64,000 bases of DNA from an uncultured Lachnospiraceae bacterium (GTDB lineage Bacteria; Bacillota; Clostridia; Lachnospirales; Lachnospiraceae), in the NCBI GenBank assembly GCA_902469965.1, contig CABREP010000001.1, positions 26,807 to 90,806 on the forward strand, read 5' to 3'. Made by a program: the position numbers and the translations under genes. This document shows, one piece after another, positions 17,021 through 25,701 of the stretch. The notes beneath the pieces were generated by a model. The model was not told the DNA's origin. It worked only from the letters and a program-made list of their open reading frames with translations, and made no database searches. Position 1 is the first letter of the stretch. The number at the start of each line of letters is the position of its first letter.

Positions 17021-17710
17021 ATGGCAAAGAAGGTACTGGTTGTAGATGACGAGAAGCTGATCGTGAAGGGAATCCGGTTCAGCCTGGAGCAGGAAGGCAT
17101 GGAAGTGGACTGTGCGTATGACGGGGAGGAAGCCCTCAATATGGCGCGGGAAAAGGAATATGATATGGTGCTGCTGGATCTTATGCTGCCCAAGGTAAAC
17201 GGGCTGGAGGTCTGTCAGCAGATCCGGGAATTTTCTGATATGCCGATCATCATGCTGACAGCAAAGGGGGAAGATATGGATAAGATCCTGGGGCTGGAAT
17301 ACGGGGCGGATGATTATATTACGAAGCCCTTTAACATTCTGGAAGTGAAGGCCAGGATCAAGGCGATCATGCGCCGGACTGTCAGAAGCGAGTCCAAGGA
17401 AGAGAAGAGCAAGGTGGTTACCGTGGGCGATCTGCGTCTGGACTGTGACAGCAGGAGAGTTTTTATCGGAGAGCGGGAGATCAATCTGACGGCCAAGGAA
17501 TTTGATGTGCTGGAACTTCTGGTCTTTAATCCGAATAAAGTCTACAGCCGGGAAAACCTTCTGAACATTGTGTGGGGGTACGAATATCCCGGAGATGTAC
17601 GGACGGTTGACGTACATATCCGCCGTCTGAGAGAGAAGATCGAGAGTAATCCCAGCGAGCCCCGGTATGTGCATACGAAGTGGGGCGTAGGTTACTATTT
17701 TCAGGCTTAA
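17021..17710 (+). CDS. OmpR-family response regulator
   Basis: It has a REC domain (VLVVDDE...DMVLLDLMLP...LTAKG) and a winged-helix output domain (LTAKEFDVLELL...VDVHIRRLREKIE). Confidence 0.95.
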   Translation: MAKKVLVVDDEKLIVKGIRFSLEQEGMEVDCAYDGEEALNMAREKEYDMVLLDLMLPKVNGLEVCQQIREFSDMPIIMLTAKGEDMDKILGLEYGADDYITKPFNILEVKARIKAIMRRTVRSESKEEKSKVVTVGDLRLDCDSRRVFIGEREINLTAKEFDVLELLVFNPNKVYSRENLLNIVWGYEYPGDVRTVDVHIRRLREKIESNPSEPRYVHTKWGVGYYFQA

Positions 17711-17733
17711 GCCTTTGAAAGAGGGCTGCTCTC

Positions 17734-19158
17734 ATGATGGGAAAACGAAAAGAAAAATTTTTTAAGAGTCTGCGCTTCCGCATTATGGTGATCCTGGTGG
17801 TCATCGGAATCATTCCCAGTATCATTGTGGAAAATGGGATCGTAAACAGTTATGAGGACCGGGCGGTGAAGGTGCGGCAGGCGACAGTGAAGAATCAGTG
17901 CGATATTCTGAGCAATCAGCTGGTAAAGGAAGGCTATATGGAAAGCCCTGAGGCGGAGACGATCAACAGTGAGCTGACCATGCTGTCCAATCTCTACAGC
18001 GGCCGTGTCCTGATTATTAACCGGGATTTCCAGATCATAAAGGATACCTACGATCTGGATGAGGGGCGGATCATGATCTCGGAGGAGGTCGTCCGCTGTT
18101 TCCGGGGGGAAGAGATCAGCAGATACGATGATAAGAACCGCTTCATTGAGATGACAGTATCGATCCGTGATCTGGATACGAAGGAGATCCAGGGAGTTCT
18201 GCTGGTGAGCATTTCCGCGGATGAGATTACGGCCAGCATTGATATTCTGAAGCAGAAAGGGCTGGCCATGCTGGGAGGAATCACGGTGCTGGTGCTGATC
18301 TTCGGCTACATCCTGGCAGGGATCCTGGTGAAGCCCTTTGCCCGGGTGACAAGAGCCATCGAGGATCTGACAGACGGTTATCTGGATGAGGAGATCTCAG
18401 TTCCCGACTATACGGAGACGGAGCTGATTACAGACGCCTTCAATAAGATGCTGGGACGGGTGAAATCTCTGGATGCCTCCCGACAGGAGTTCGTCTCCAA
18501 TGTCTCCCATGAGCTGAAGACGCCTCTGACTTCCATGAAGGTGCTGGCGGATTCCCTGGTGGGGCAGGAAAATGTGCCGATTGAGCTGTATCAGGAGTTT
18601 ATGCAGGATATTACAGATGAGATCGACCGGGAGAACCGGATTATTAATGACCTGCTTTCTCTGGTAAAGCTGGACAAAAAGGCGGATCTCAACGCGGAGA
18701 TGGTGAGCATCAACGATCTTCTGGAACTGATCTTGAAGCGTCTGCGTCCCATTGCAGCAAAACGGAATATTGAACTGATCCTGGACAGCTTCCGCCCGGT
18801 GAAGGCGGAGATCGATGAGACCAAGCTTACCCTGGCAATCTCCAATCTTGTGGAGAATGGAATCAAATATAATAAAGACGGGGGATGGGTCCGCGTATCG
18901 CTGAATGCAGATCACAAATATTTCTATGTTACTGTGGCGGATTCCGGAAAAGGAATTCCGGAGGATTCTCTGGATCATATTTTTGAGCGTTTCTACCGGG
19001 TGGACAAGTCTCATTCCACAGAGATCGACGGAACGGGACTGGGGCTTGCGATTACCAGAAGTGCGATCCTGATGCATCATGGGGCGATCAAGGTTTACAG
19101 CAAAGAGGGAGAGGGCGCGACTTTTTCCGTGCGGATTCCCCTTGTGTGCAGCAATTAA
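17734..19158 (+). CDS. Sensor histidine kinase (2 TM, extracytoplasmic domain, HAMP, HisKA, HATPase_c)
   Basis: It has the H-box FVSNVSHELKTPLTS, the N-box NLVENGIKYN and the G-boxes DSGKGI and GTGLGLAI. Confidence 0.95.
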   Translation: MMGKRKEKFFKSLRFRIMVILVVIGIIPSIIVENGIVNSYEDRAVKVRQATVKNQCDILSNQLVKEGYMESPEAETINSELTMLSNLYSGRVLIINRDFQIIKDTYDLDEGRIMISEEVVRCFRGEEISRYDDKNRFIEMTVSIRDLDTKEIQGVLLVSISADEITASIDILKQKGLAMLGGITVLVLIFGYILAGILVKPFARVTRAIEDLTDGYLDEEISVPDYTETELITDAFNKMLGRVKSLDASRQEFVSNVSHELKTPLTSMKVLADSLVGQENVPIELYQEFMQDITDEIDRENRIINDLLSLVKLDKKADLNAEMVSINDLLELILKRLRPIAAKRNIELILDSFRPVKAEIDETKLTLAISNLVENGIKYNKDGGWVRVSLNADHKYFYVTVADSGKGIPEDSLDHIFERFYRVDKSHSTEIDGTGLGLAITRSAILMHHGAIKVYSKEGEGATFSVRIPLVCSN

Positions 19159-19169
19159 GGAGGCGTAAA

Positions 19170-20078
19170 ATGAAGAGAACAGGAAAAATACTTCTTCTGG
19201 GCCTTCTGGGAGTGATGGCGCTGTGGGGCTGCGAAAAGGAAGATCAGGAAGAGCGGTATCACAGATATTATCTGGATGGGGAACAGACGAAGGTGATGGC
19301 GGAGAGTTATGAGCCGGCAGCAGCGGATACGAAGGGGCTGGCGGCGGAATTTCTCGATACGCTGAGTGCCTCTCCGGAGGAGGGAGAGCCTCTCCTTCCG
19401 GATGGGGTTAAGGTAAACAATATGGAACTGGCAGATCAGGTGCTGAATCTGGATCTGAATGGAGCTTATCTGAAGATGGATCCTTCCCGGGAGATTCTGG
19501 CCCGGGCGGGGATCGTCAGAACTTTTACCCAGATTACGGACATCAGTGCAGTTACGATCACCGTAAATGGCGCGGTGCTGAAAAATGATGACGGTACTGC
19601 GGTGGGGCGGATGACCCAGGAGACTTTTGTGGAAAATTCAGGAAAGCAGATTAATGATTATAAGTATATTTCCATGGATCTGTATTTTTCTGATGAGACG
19701 GGAGAAAAACTGAAAAGAGAAAACCGCGCCCTCTATTACAGCAGCAATGTTCCGCTGGAGCGGGTGGTGGTGGAGCAGCTGATCAAAGGACCGCAGGAGT
19801 CGGGACTTCTGGCTACCATACCTCCGGAGACGAAGGTGCTGGGAGTGTCGGTGTCGGATCAGATCTGTTATGTGAATCTGGACGGAGCGTTTGAACAGGA
19901 TCTGGCGCAGGTACAGCCGGAGACAGTGGTGTATTCTATTGTAAATACGCTGACTACGGTTTGTGATGTGAAACAGGTGCAGATTTCTGTTAACGGGGAC
20001 ACGAAAGTGACGTTTCGCGATACGCTGGAACTGGATCAGTTTTTTGAAAAGAACCCGAAGCTGATGGAGGGATCTTAA
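19170..20078 (+). CDS. GerMN-domain lipoprotein (GerM-like, two GerMN repeats)
   Basis: The signal plus lipobox is LLGVMALWGC. Two GerMN-like halves are present (...VNNMELADQVLNLDLN... and ...VLGVSVSDQICYVNLD...QISVNG). Confidence 0.8.
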   Translation: MKRTGKILLLGLLGVMALWGCEKEDQEERYHRYYLDGEQTKVMAESYEPAAADTKGLAAEFLDTLSASPEEGEPLLPDGVKVNNMELADQVLNLDLNGAYLKMDPSREILARAGIVRTFTQITDISAVTITVNGAVLKNDDGTAVGRMTQETFVENSGKQINDYKYISMDLYFSDETGEKLKRENRALYYSSNVPLERVVVEQLIKGPQESGLLATIPPETKVLGVSVSDQICYVNLDGAFEQDLAQVQPETVVYSIVNTLTTVCDVKQVQISVNGDTKVTFRDTLELDQFFEKNPKLMEGS

Positions 20079-22316
20079 ATGAGGAAACGCCCGCTGTGTT
20101 TCCTGGCTCTGGTTCTGGCAGCAGTTCTCCTGTTTCTGGATAAAGGGGGGCTTTCCGGTAAGGGAAAGCCTCCGGATCATCCGGTGATACAGGAGCTGAT
20201 TGAAAAGGGAGAGCCGGTAGAAGTTTTCGGTGAGGCCGACCGCTGGGAGACTTATGAAACAGGCCAGTATCTATATCTGAAACATACAATTCTGCCATAT
20301 TCTGGCGAACAAATTCCATTACATGGTGTAAAAGTAAAAATAAGGGAAAGAAAAAAGTGGAAAACCGGCGAGCTGGTGCGCGTCCGGGGTGTATTAACGC
20401 TGCCTGAAAAAGGGAGAAATCCGGGGCAGTTTGACAGCCGCGCCTATCTGGCCTGCCGGGACATTTATTTTCAGGTGGAAAAAGGAAATGCAGAGAGTAC
20501 AGGAGGGGAAGCGGCTCCTCTGGGTTTTGCCCTGCAGCTGGTGCGGGAATATCTGGAGCGGGGACTTGACAGAGCAGCACCGGTGCGGGAAGCCGGAGTG
20601 CTGCGGGCTATGCTGCTGGGAGAGAAGAAAGAAGCGGGAGAAGAAATCCGCCTTCTGTATCAGATCAGCGCAATGAGTCATCTGCTGGCGGTGTCGGGAC
20701 TTCACGTGGCGCTTCTGTCCCGGGGGATTCAGAGAGTGCTGCGGCTGGCCGGGATGGGGATCTACGGATCGCTTCTGGTCTCGGCGGTTCTTCTGATCTT
20801 TTACGGAATGCTGGCCGGGGGAAGCGTCTCTGCGATCCGGGCGGTCATTTTGTTTTGTCTGTCCTGCGGGGCACGGCTTCTGGGAAGGACTTACGATGGA
20901 ATGACCGCTCTGGCAGCAGCCGCCAGCCTGCTTCTGATCTCCAATCCCCAGTGGCTGTATGACAGCGGATTTCAGCTTTCCTTTGGCGCCGTACTGGGTG
21001 TTACAGCGGTGCGAAGAGGACTTTTTGGGCCGGGTGAGGGAGGAAAAGGAAAGAAAAAAGGAGTGAAAAACAGGATCCGGGAGGGGGCAGAGGCAGGAGT
21101 GGCTGTCTGGCTTACCACACTGCCGCTGATGCTGTATTATTTTTATGAGATTTCCCTTTACGGGTTCCTGATTAATCTGTTTGTGATTCCCACGGCAGGA
21201 ATCGTGCTGGGGAGCGGACTGCTGGGCGGCATTTTGGGCGGGATACCTGTTCTGGACCCCATAGCCCGGGTAGCGGCTTTTCCGGCGGTTCTTCTCCTTC
21301 GCAGCTATGAGGGGATCAGCCGGGCGGCGGCGCAGCTTCCGGGGGCGGTGCTTATTCTGGGAAGGCCAAAGGGATGGGCAATCGCGCTGTATTACGCCTG
21401 TCTTCTGATGTTTTGTTTCAGAAAAAAGATGTTCGGAAGGATCAGGGGAGAGAAAAGAGTAAAATTTGCTCTGGGAGCGGCGTTTTTGGTATCTTTATTT
21501 TTGCTGGCCAGGCAGCCGCGGGAGGGGACGGAGATTACTATGCTGGATGTGGGTCAGGGGGATGCGCTGGCGATCGAGACAGAGCAGGGAGGATGTGTGA
21601 TGACAGACGGGGGAAGTACCTCAGAATATCAGGCGGGAAAATACAGGATCCTTCCTTATCTGAAATACCGGGGTGTCCGGGAAGTGGATCTGTGGATCCT
21701 TTCGCATCCGGATCTGGATCATTACAGCGGGTTTCTGGAAATTTTGCAGGCGTCTGCGAAAGGAGAAACGGCTCTGCGGGTGGAAACACTCCTGCTGCCC
21801 GCCTGGATGAGGGGAGGGCAGGTGGAAAGAGAGCTGATACAGGCGGCCCGGGCGGCAGGGACATCTGTTGTTTACGGGAAAGAGGGGGACAGGATCCGTC
21901 TGGGGGGAAGTGAACTGACGATCCTCCATCCGGACGGGGAGGATTACGGGGAAGATCCCAACGGAGGATCTCTGACCTTTCTTCTGGAAGCGGAGGGGAG
22001 AAAGGGGCTTTTTACGGGGGATCTGACGGGGGAACAGGAGAAAAAGCTGCTGGGCCGGGTGGGAGACTGCGATTTTCTGAAAGCAGCCCACCACGGATCT
22101 GCTTCCTCCACGGGAGAAGAGTTTCTCTCGGAAGTCAGACCGGAGCTGACCCTGGTTTCCAGCGGCGCAGATAATCCTTACGGTCATCCTTCGCCGGACT
22201 TTCTGCAGCGTGTCCGGGAGTCTGGGAGCCATACGCTGGGAACGCAGGAGCTGGGTGCAGTGAGGATCCGTCTTCAGAATGGGGCAATGGAAGTGGAAAT
22301 GGCAGGGGGACAGTGA
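20079..22316 (+). CDS. comEC: DNA internalization competence protein ComEC/Rec2 (competence domain plus metallo-beta-lactamase domain)
   Basis: 745 aa with a polytopic core carrying SHLLAVSGLHV and a C-terminal MBL domain (MLDVGQGDA...ILSHPDLDHYSG...AAHHGS). The ATG directly abuts the gerM-like stop. Confidence 0.95.
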   Translation: MRKRPLCFLALVLAAVLLFLDKGGLSGKGKPPDHPVIQELIEKGEPVEVFGEADRWETYETGQYLYLKHTILPYSGEQIPLHGVKVKIRERKKWKTGELVRVRGVLTLPEKGRNPGQFDSRAYLACRDIYFQVEKGNAESTGGEAAPLGFALQLVREYLERGLDRAAPVREAGVLRAMLLGEKKEAGEEIRLLYQISAMSHLLAVSGLHVALLSRGIQRVLRLAGMGIYGSLLVSAVLLIFYGMLAGGSVSAIRAVILFCLSCGARLLGRTYDGMTALAAAASLLLISNPQWLYDSGFQLSFGAVLGVTAVRRGLFGPGEGGKGKKKGVKNRIREGAEAGVAVWLTTLPLMLYYFYEISLYGFLINLFVIPTAGIVLGSGLLGGILGGIPVLDPIARVAAFPAVLLLRSYEGISRAAAQLPGAVLILGRPKGWAIALYYACLLMFCFRKKMFGRIRGEKRVKFALGAAFLVSLFLLARQPREGTEITMLDVGQGDALAIETEQGGCVMTDGGSTSEYQAGKYRILPYLKYRGVREVDLWILSHPDLDHYSGFLEILQASAKGETALRVETLLLPAWMRGGQVERELIQAARAAGTSVVYGKEGDRIRLGGSELTILHPDGEDYGEDPNGGSLTFLLEAEGRKGLFTGDLTGEQEKKLLGRVGDCDFLKAAHHGSASSTGEEFLSEVRPELTLVSSGADNPYGHPSPDFLQRVRESGSHTLGTQELGAVRIRLQNGAMEVEMAGGQ

Positions 22317-22418
22317 AAATTGAGGAAAGGGATTGAGGGGGAGAAAGAAATGGGATATAATAAAAAAATATGAGAAGTGAAAAGATGAGCGGCCTGGAAC
22401 CGGAAAAGAGGAGAGAGA

Positions 22419-23405
22419 ATGAAACGTGTGATCGAAGATATAAAGACGGGAGAATGGAAACAGATCTATCTTTTTACCGGCTCGGAGGATTACCTGAAGC
22501 TTCAGTATCGGGATAAGCTGATACAGGCACTGATGCCCGAAGGAGATACGATGAATCTTTCCAGATTTCAGGGAAAGGGACAGGATGTCCGGGAAATCAT
22601 AAGCCTGGGGGAGACGATGCCCTTTTTTGCCGAGCGCCGGATGATCGTGCTGGAGGATACCGGCTTTTTTAAAAACAGCTGCGGTGATCTGGCAGATTAT
22701 CTGGAGAGGATTCCGGAGTATCTCTATCTGCTCTTTGTGGAACAGGAGGCGGATAAGAGGGGAAAACTGTATAAGACAGTGAAAAAACTGGGAAGGATTG
22801 TGGAGTTTGGCGTTCAGGATGACCGGACACTGACCCGCTGGATCCTTGGAATGCTGAAGCGGGAAGGAAAAAAGATTACCCAGAAAGATATGGAACTTTT
22901 GCTGCTTCACACGGGGAATGACATGAGCAATATCGAGAGGGAGGTGGACAAACTTCTCTGTTATACCATGGGGCGTGAGATCATCACAGAGGAGGATATC
23001 CGGGCAGTCTGCACCGTGAGAACGACGAATAAGATTTTTGATATGGTTCGGGCGGTGACGGAACGCAATCAGAAAAAGGCGCTGGATCTTTACTATGATC
23101 TTCTGGCCCTGAAGGAACCGCCTATGAGGATCCTGTTTCTGATCGCCAGACAGTTCCGGCAGCTTTTGCAGGTGAAAGAACTGGCGGGAGAGGGGATGGA
23201 TCAGGCAGGGATTGCCGCGGCGCTGGGAATTCAGGGATTTGTGGTGCGCAATTGTCTTGGACTGGCCAGAAATTATACAAAAGAAATGTTAAAGCAGGCC
23301 GAGGAGGATTTCACCCAGGCGGAGGAAGACGTTAAGACCGGAAAACTGGGAGATGTGCTGAGCGTGGAGCTTCTGATTGTGAAATACAGCATGCAGAACG
23401 GATAA
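22419..23405 (+). CDS. holA: DNA polymerase III delta subunit
   Basis: 328 aa with an IYLFTGSEDYL N-terminus and the conserved position after comEC. Confidence 0.88.
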   Translation: MKRVIEDIKTGEWKQIYLFTGSEDYLKLQYRDKLIQALMPEGDTMNLSRFQGKGQDVREIISLGETMPFFAERRMIVLEDTGFFKNSCGDLADYLERIPEYLYLLFVEQEADKRGKLYKTVKKLGRIVEFGVQDDRTLTRWILGMLKREGKKITQKDMELLLLHTGNDMSNIEREVDKLLCYTMGREIITEEDIRAVCTVRTTNKIFDMVRAVTERNQKKALDLYYDLLALKEPPMRILFLIARQFRQLLQVKELAGEGMDQAGIAAALGIQGFVVRNCLGLARNYTKEMLKQAEEDFTQAEEDVKTGKLGDVLSVELLIVKYSMQNG

Positions 23406-23410
23406 GGCGA

Positions 23411-23456
23411 AAAAAACGATGGTTTTGAAAGTAAGATCAAAGCCATCGTTTTTCTT
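23411..23456. terminator. Bidirectional rho-independent terminator between the convergent holA and sigma-like genes
   Basis: A 15-bp stem AAACGATGGTTTTGA / TCAAAGCCATCGTTT (one G-U pair) is flanked by an A-tract on the 5' side and a T-tract on the 3' side. Confidence 0.75.
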
Positions 23457-23457
23457 T

Positions 23458-24204
23458 TCAGTTCTCTCCGGTTAATTTCAGAATATCCTGGATTTCCTCC
23501 GCATCCATATCGAGAAAGGCGGAGAGTTCTTCCACAGAATACTTGATTTCCTCATCTTCCGTCAGTTCGCGGACCCGGGCTTCTAAAGAGCGGACCCGTT
23601 CCACCAGATAATTGTCCTCCTGCTTCTGGCGGTTTTCTGAAGCCAGGAGAGAGGAAATGGATTCGGACACGGCGGTCCGGAGATATTCTTCCGGGTTTTC
23701 TGCGGGAAGATCCTTTTCCAGAGCCATCCAGAGCCCCAGGCTTCCTTCCTGGATCTTATCCTGCAGGGAAATGGACGAGGGGAAGGCACAGGACAGTTCC
23801 ACCACCAGAGGGAGATACGCTTCGGCCAGTTTCTGCCGGGCAGCGGCAGCGCCTTCCCGGGCATCCCGGAAAAGCTGCTCCTTTTCCCCGGGGGTGAGTG
23901 CAGGCCGGGAGGAGAAGAGTTCCTGGTATTCCTTCAGCGTCCGCTCATCTTCCGGTGAGAGGGCGGCAGGTTCGCCGGGAGTTTCTCCGGAAGACAGGGG
24001 AGGCAGAGAAGAAGGAGAGGGGGATGCGCCCATGACCCGAATCCCCTGAGAGCGCAGATAGTCAAAGACGAGATCCAGCTGATCCGCGCGTAAACCGTCC
24101 TCCTGAAAAAAGGATTCGATGACTTCGCGGTGAAGCTGTTTTTTGTTCTGACTGCCCAGAATGACGAGATCTTTTAGTTTCTGCTGGAAAATAGTCTGAT
24201 CCAT
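23458..24204 (-). CDS. Truncated group-1 sigma-factor-like protein (regions 1.1 to about 3.1 only; no region 4)
   Basis: 248 aa. By-eye collinearity with SigA/RpoD covers the N-terminal acidic 1.1-like module (ADQLDLVFDYLRSQGIRV), 2.1/2.2-like ARQKLAEAYLPLVVELS...LQDKIQEGSLGLWMALEK, and 3.0/3.1-like YSVEELSAFLDMDAEEIQDILKL. The protein then stops. Confidence 0.6.
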   Translation of the reverse strand: MDQTIFQQKLKDLVILGSQNKKQLHREVIESFFQEDGLRADQLDLVFDYLRSQGIRVMGASPSPSSLPPLSSGETPGEPAALSPEDERTLKEYQELFSSRPALTPGEKEQLFRDAREGAAAARQKLAEAYLPLVVELSCAFPSSISLQDKIQEGSLGLWMALEKDLPAENPEEYLRTAVSESISSLLASENRQKQEDNYLVERVRSLEARVRELTEDEEIKYSVEELSAFLDMDAEEIQDILKLTGEN

Positions 24205-24244
24205 GGCTGATCCTCCTTGTTGTGCAAAGCTGAAAATTTTTGAG

Positions 24245-24280
24245 ATAAAAAGAAACGACCGCTGACGGTACGGTCGTTTC
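24245..24280 (-). terminator. Rho-independent terminator of rpsT
   Basis: GAAACGACCG (24252-24261) pairs with CGGTCGTTTC (24271-24280). A T-tract follows on the minus strand (the complement of 24245-24251). Confidence 0.75.
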
Positions 24281-24300
24281 CAGATAAAAAATTGGATTTC

Positions 24301-24564
24301 TTATGCGATAGTGTTTACAGCCTTGGATAAGCGGGAAACTTTTCTGGCTGCAGTATTTTTATGATATACGCCTTTGGAAGCCGCCTTGTCGATGGTAGAG
24401 ATTGCTTCTACTAATGCGCTGCTTGCTGCCTCTTTATCTTTCAGAGCAACAGCTGCATCAACCTTTTTCACTGCGGTTTTCACTGCGGATTTGATGGATT
24501 TATTTCTTGCTGCCTTGGTTCTGTTTACCAGGATTCTTTTTTTAGCGGATTTAATGTTAGCCAA
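24301..24564 (-). CDS. rpsT: 30S ribosomal protein S20
   Basis: The product reads ANIKSAKKRILVNRTKAARNKS.... TTG start 24564 is preferred because GGAGGTGTACGAATTG gives the canonical (M)ANIKSAKKR N-terminus. The track ORF extends 5 codons further upstream. Confidence 0.95.
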   Translation of the reverse strand: MANIKSAKKRILVNRTKAARNKSIKSAVKTAVKKVDAAVALKDKEAASSALVEAISTIDKAASKGVYHKNTAARKVSRLSKAVNTIA

Positions 24565-24664
24565 TTCGTACACCTCCAAATGATTTTCTTCTTAATTCTT
24601 ATTCCAGTTGACTGCTCACACCAGATAAGACACGGAAAAAAATCCGGTGTAAACACACTTATTT

Positions 24665-24693
24665 ATGATAGGCGAAAAAGGGTGTTTTGTCAA
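24665..24693 (-). promoter_or_regulatory. Sigma-A type promoter of rpsT
   Basis: On the minus strand TTGACA (24693-24688) is separated by a 17-nt spacer from TATCAT (24670-24665). It lies about 100 nt upstream of the rpsT start. Confidence 0.6.
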
Positions 24694-24750
24694 TACATAT
24701 TTCCCGGGAAAATGCAAAAAATAGTAAAAAAGCAGGAAAAGGAGACTGGA

Positions 24751-25662
24751 ATGATCGGCAGCTGTAAAATACGGACAGATCTGGCCCTGGAGAGCCGGGA
24801 AAAATTTGAAAAAGATAATGTGGAAATTGAGGGGGTCGTGCTGAAGAGGCGAAAAGAAGACCCTGGCGACATCTGCACGACTCTGGTGGAGATTCAAACG
24901 GAGCACGGGGCCAGAGTGATGGAAAAGCCCTGCGGCAGGTATATCACGGTGGAGGCGCCGGACCTGGTGACGGCGGAAGAAAAAGTGCAGGAGAAGGCAG
25001 CCGAAATTCTGGCCGGGCACTTAAGGCGGATGCTGCCGAAAAGAAAGGGGGATCTGTCGGTTCTGGCTGTGGGGCTGGGGAACCGGGAGGTTACACCGGA
25101 TGCGCTGGGGCCTCTGGTGATCCAGAAACTCCAGATCACCCGGCATGTGGTGAAGGAATACGGGAACAGTGGATTGGAGGACGGTCCTTTCTGTATGGTC
25201 AGCAGCATTGCGCCCGGGGTTATGGCCCAGACGGGGATGGAGACGGTTGAGATCTTAAAGGGGATTGTCGGGGAGACGCAGCCGGATATCGTTCTGGCGG
25301 TAGATGCGCTGGCAGCCCGCAGTATCCGGAGGCTGAACTGCACGGTCCAGCTGACGGATACGGGCATCAGTCCTGGATCCGGCGTGATGAATTTCCGCTC
25401 CGGGATTTCCCGGGAAACTCTGGGGGTTCCGGTGATCGGAATCGGTGTTCCCACCGTAGTGGATGCGGCCAGCATTGTGCACGATGCAGTGTCTCAGCTG
25501 TTAGAGACACTGGAAGAGTCGGAGATAGAGGAATTTCTGGCGGAACTGATTACTCCGGGGCTGCAGAGAATGTTCGTGACGCCAAAAGATGTGGATGAAG
25601 CGCTTGAAATTTTAAGCGGAATTGTAGCGGAAGGGATCAATCTGGCACTGCGCCAGGTATAA
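24751..25662 (+). CDS. gpr: GPR endopeptidase (spore germination protease)
   Basis: It has IRTDLALESRE..., LAVGLGNREVTPDALGP and VDALAARS...LTDTGISPGSGV motifs. ATG 24751 follows an AAGGAG RBS. Confidence 0.92.
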   Translation: MIGSCKIRTDLALESREKFEKDNVEIEGVVLKRRKEDPGDICTTLVEIQTEHGARVMEKPCGRYITVEAPDLVTAEEKVQEKAAEILAGHLRRMLPKRKGDLSVLAVGLGNREVTPDALGPLVIQKLQITRHVVKEYGNSGLEDGPFCMVSSIAPGVMAQTGMETVEILKGIVGETQPDIVLAVDALAARSIRRLNCTVQLTDTGISPGSGVMNFRSGISRETLGVPVIGIGVPTVVDAASIVHDAVSQLLETLEESEIEEFLAELITPGLQRMFVTPKDVDEALEILSGIVAEGINLALRQV

Positions 25663-25701
25663 GACAACGGGGTGCCTCATATAGTTTTATGAGGTGATAG
25701 G

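Noticed and set aside
16337-17674. A 445-aa minus-strand ORF.
   Set aside because: It is antisense to comEA and the response regulator, both of which have unmistakable domain signatures. The antisense product is low complexity.
21621-22910. A 429-aa minus-strand ORF.
   Set aside because: It is antisense to the comEC 3' end and holA. It spans their intergenic region without any start context and has no domain features.
24695-24730. Looked for the expected forespore sigma-F/sigma-G promoter of gpr.
   Set aside because: I found no convincing GHATR-N17/18-CATnnTA match by eye, so no call is made. The region also contains the divergent rpsT sigma-A promoter.
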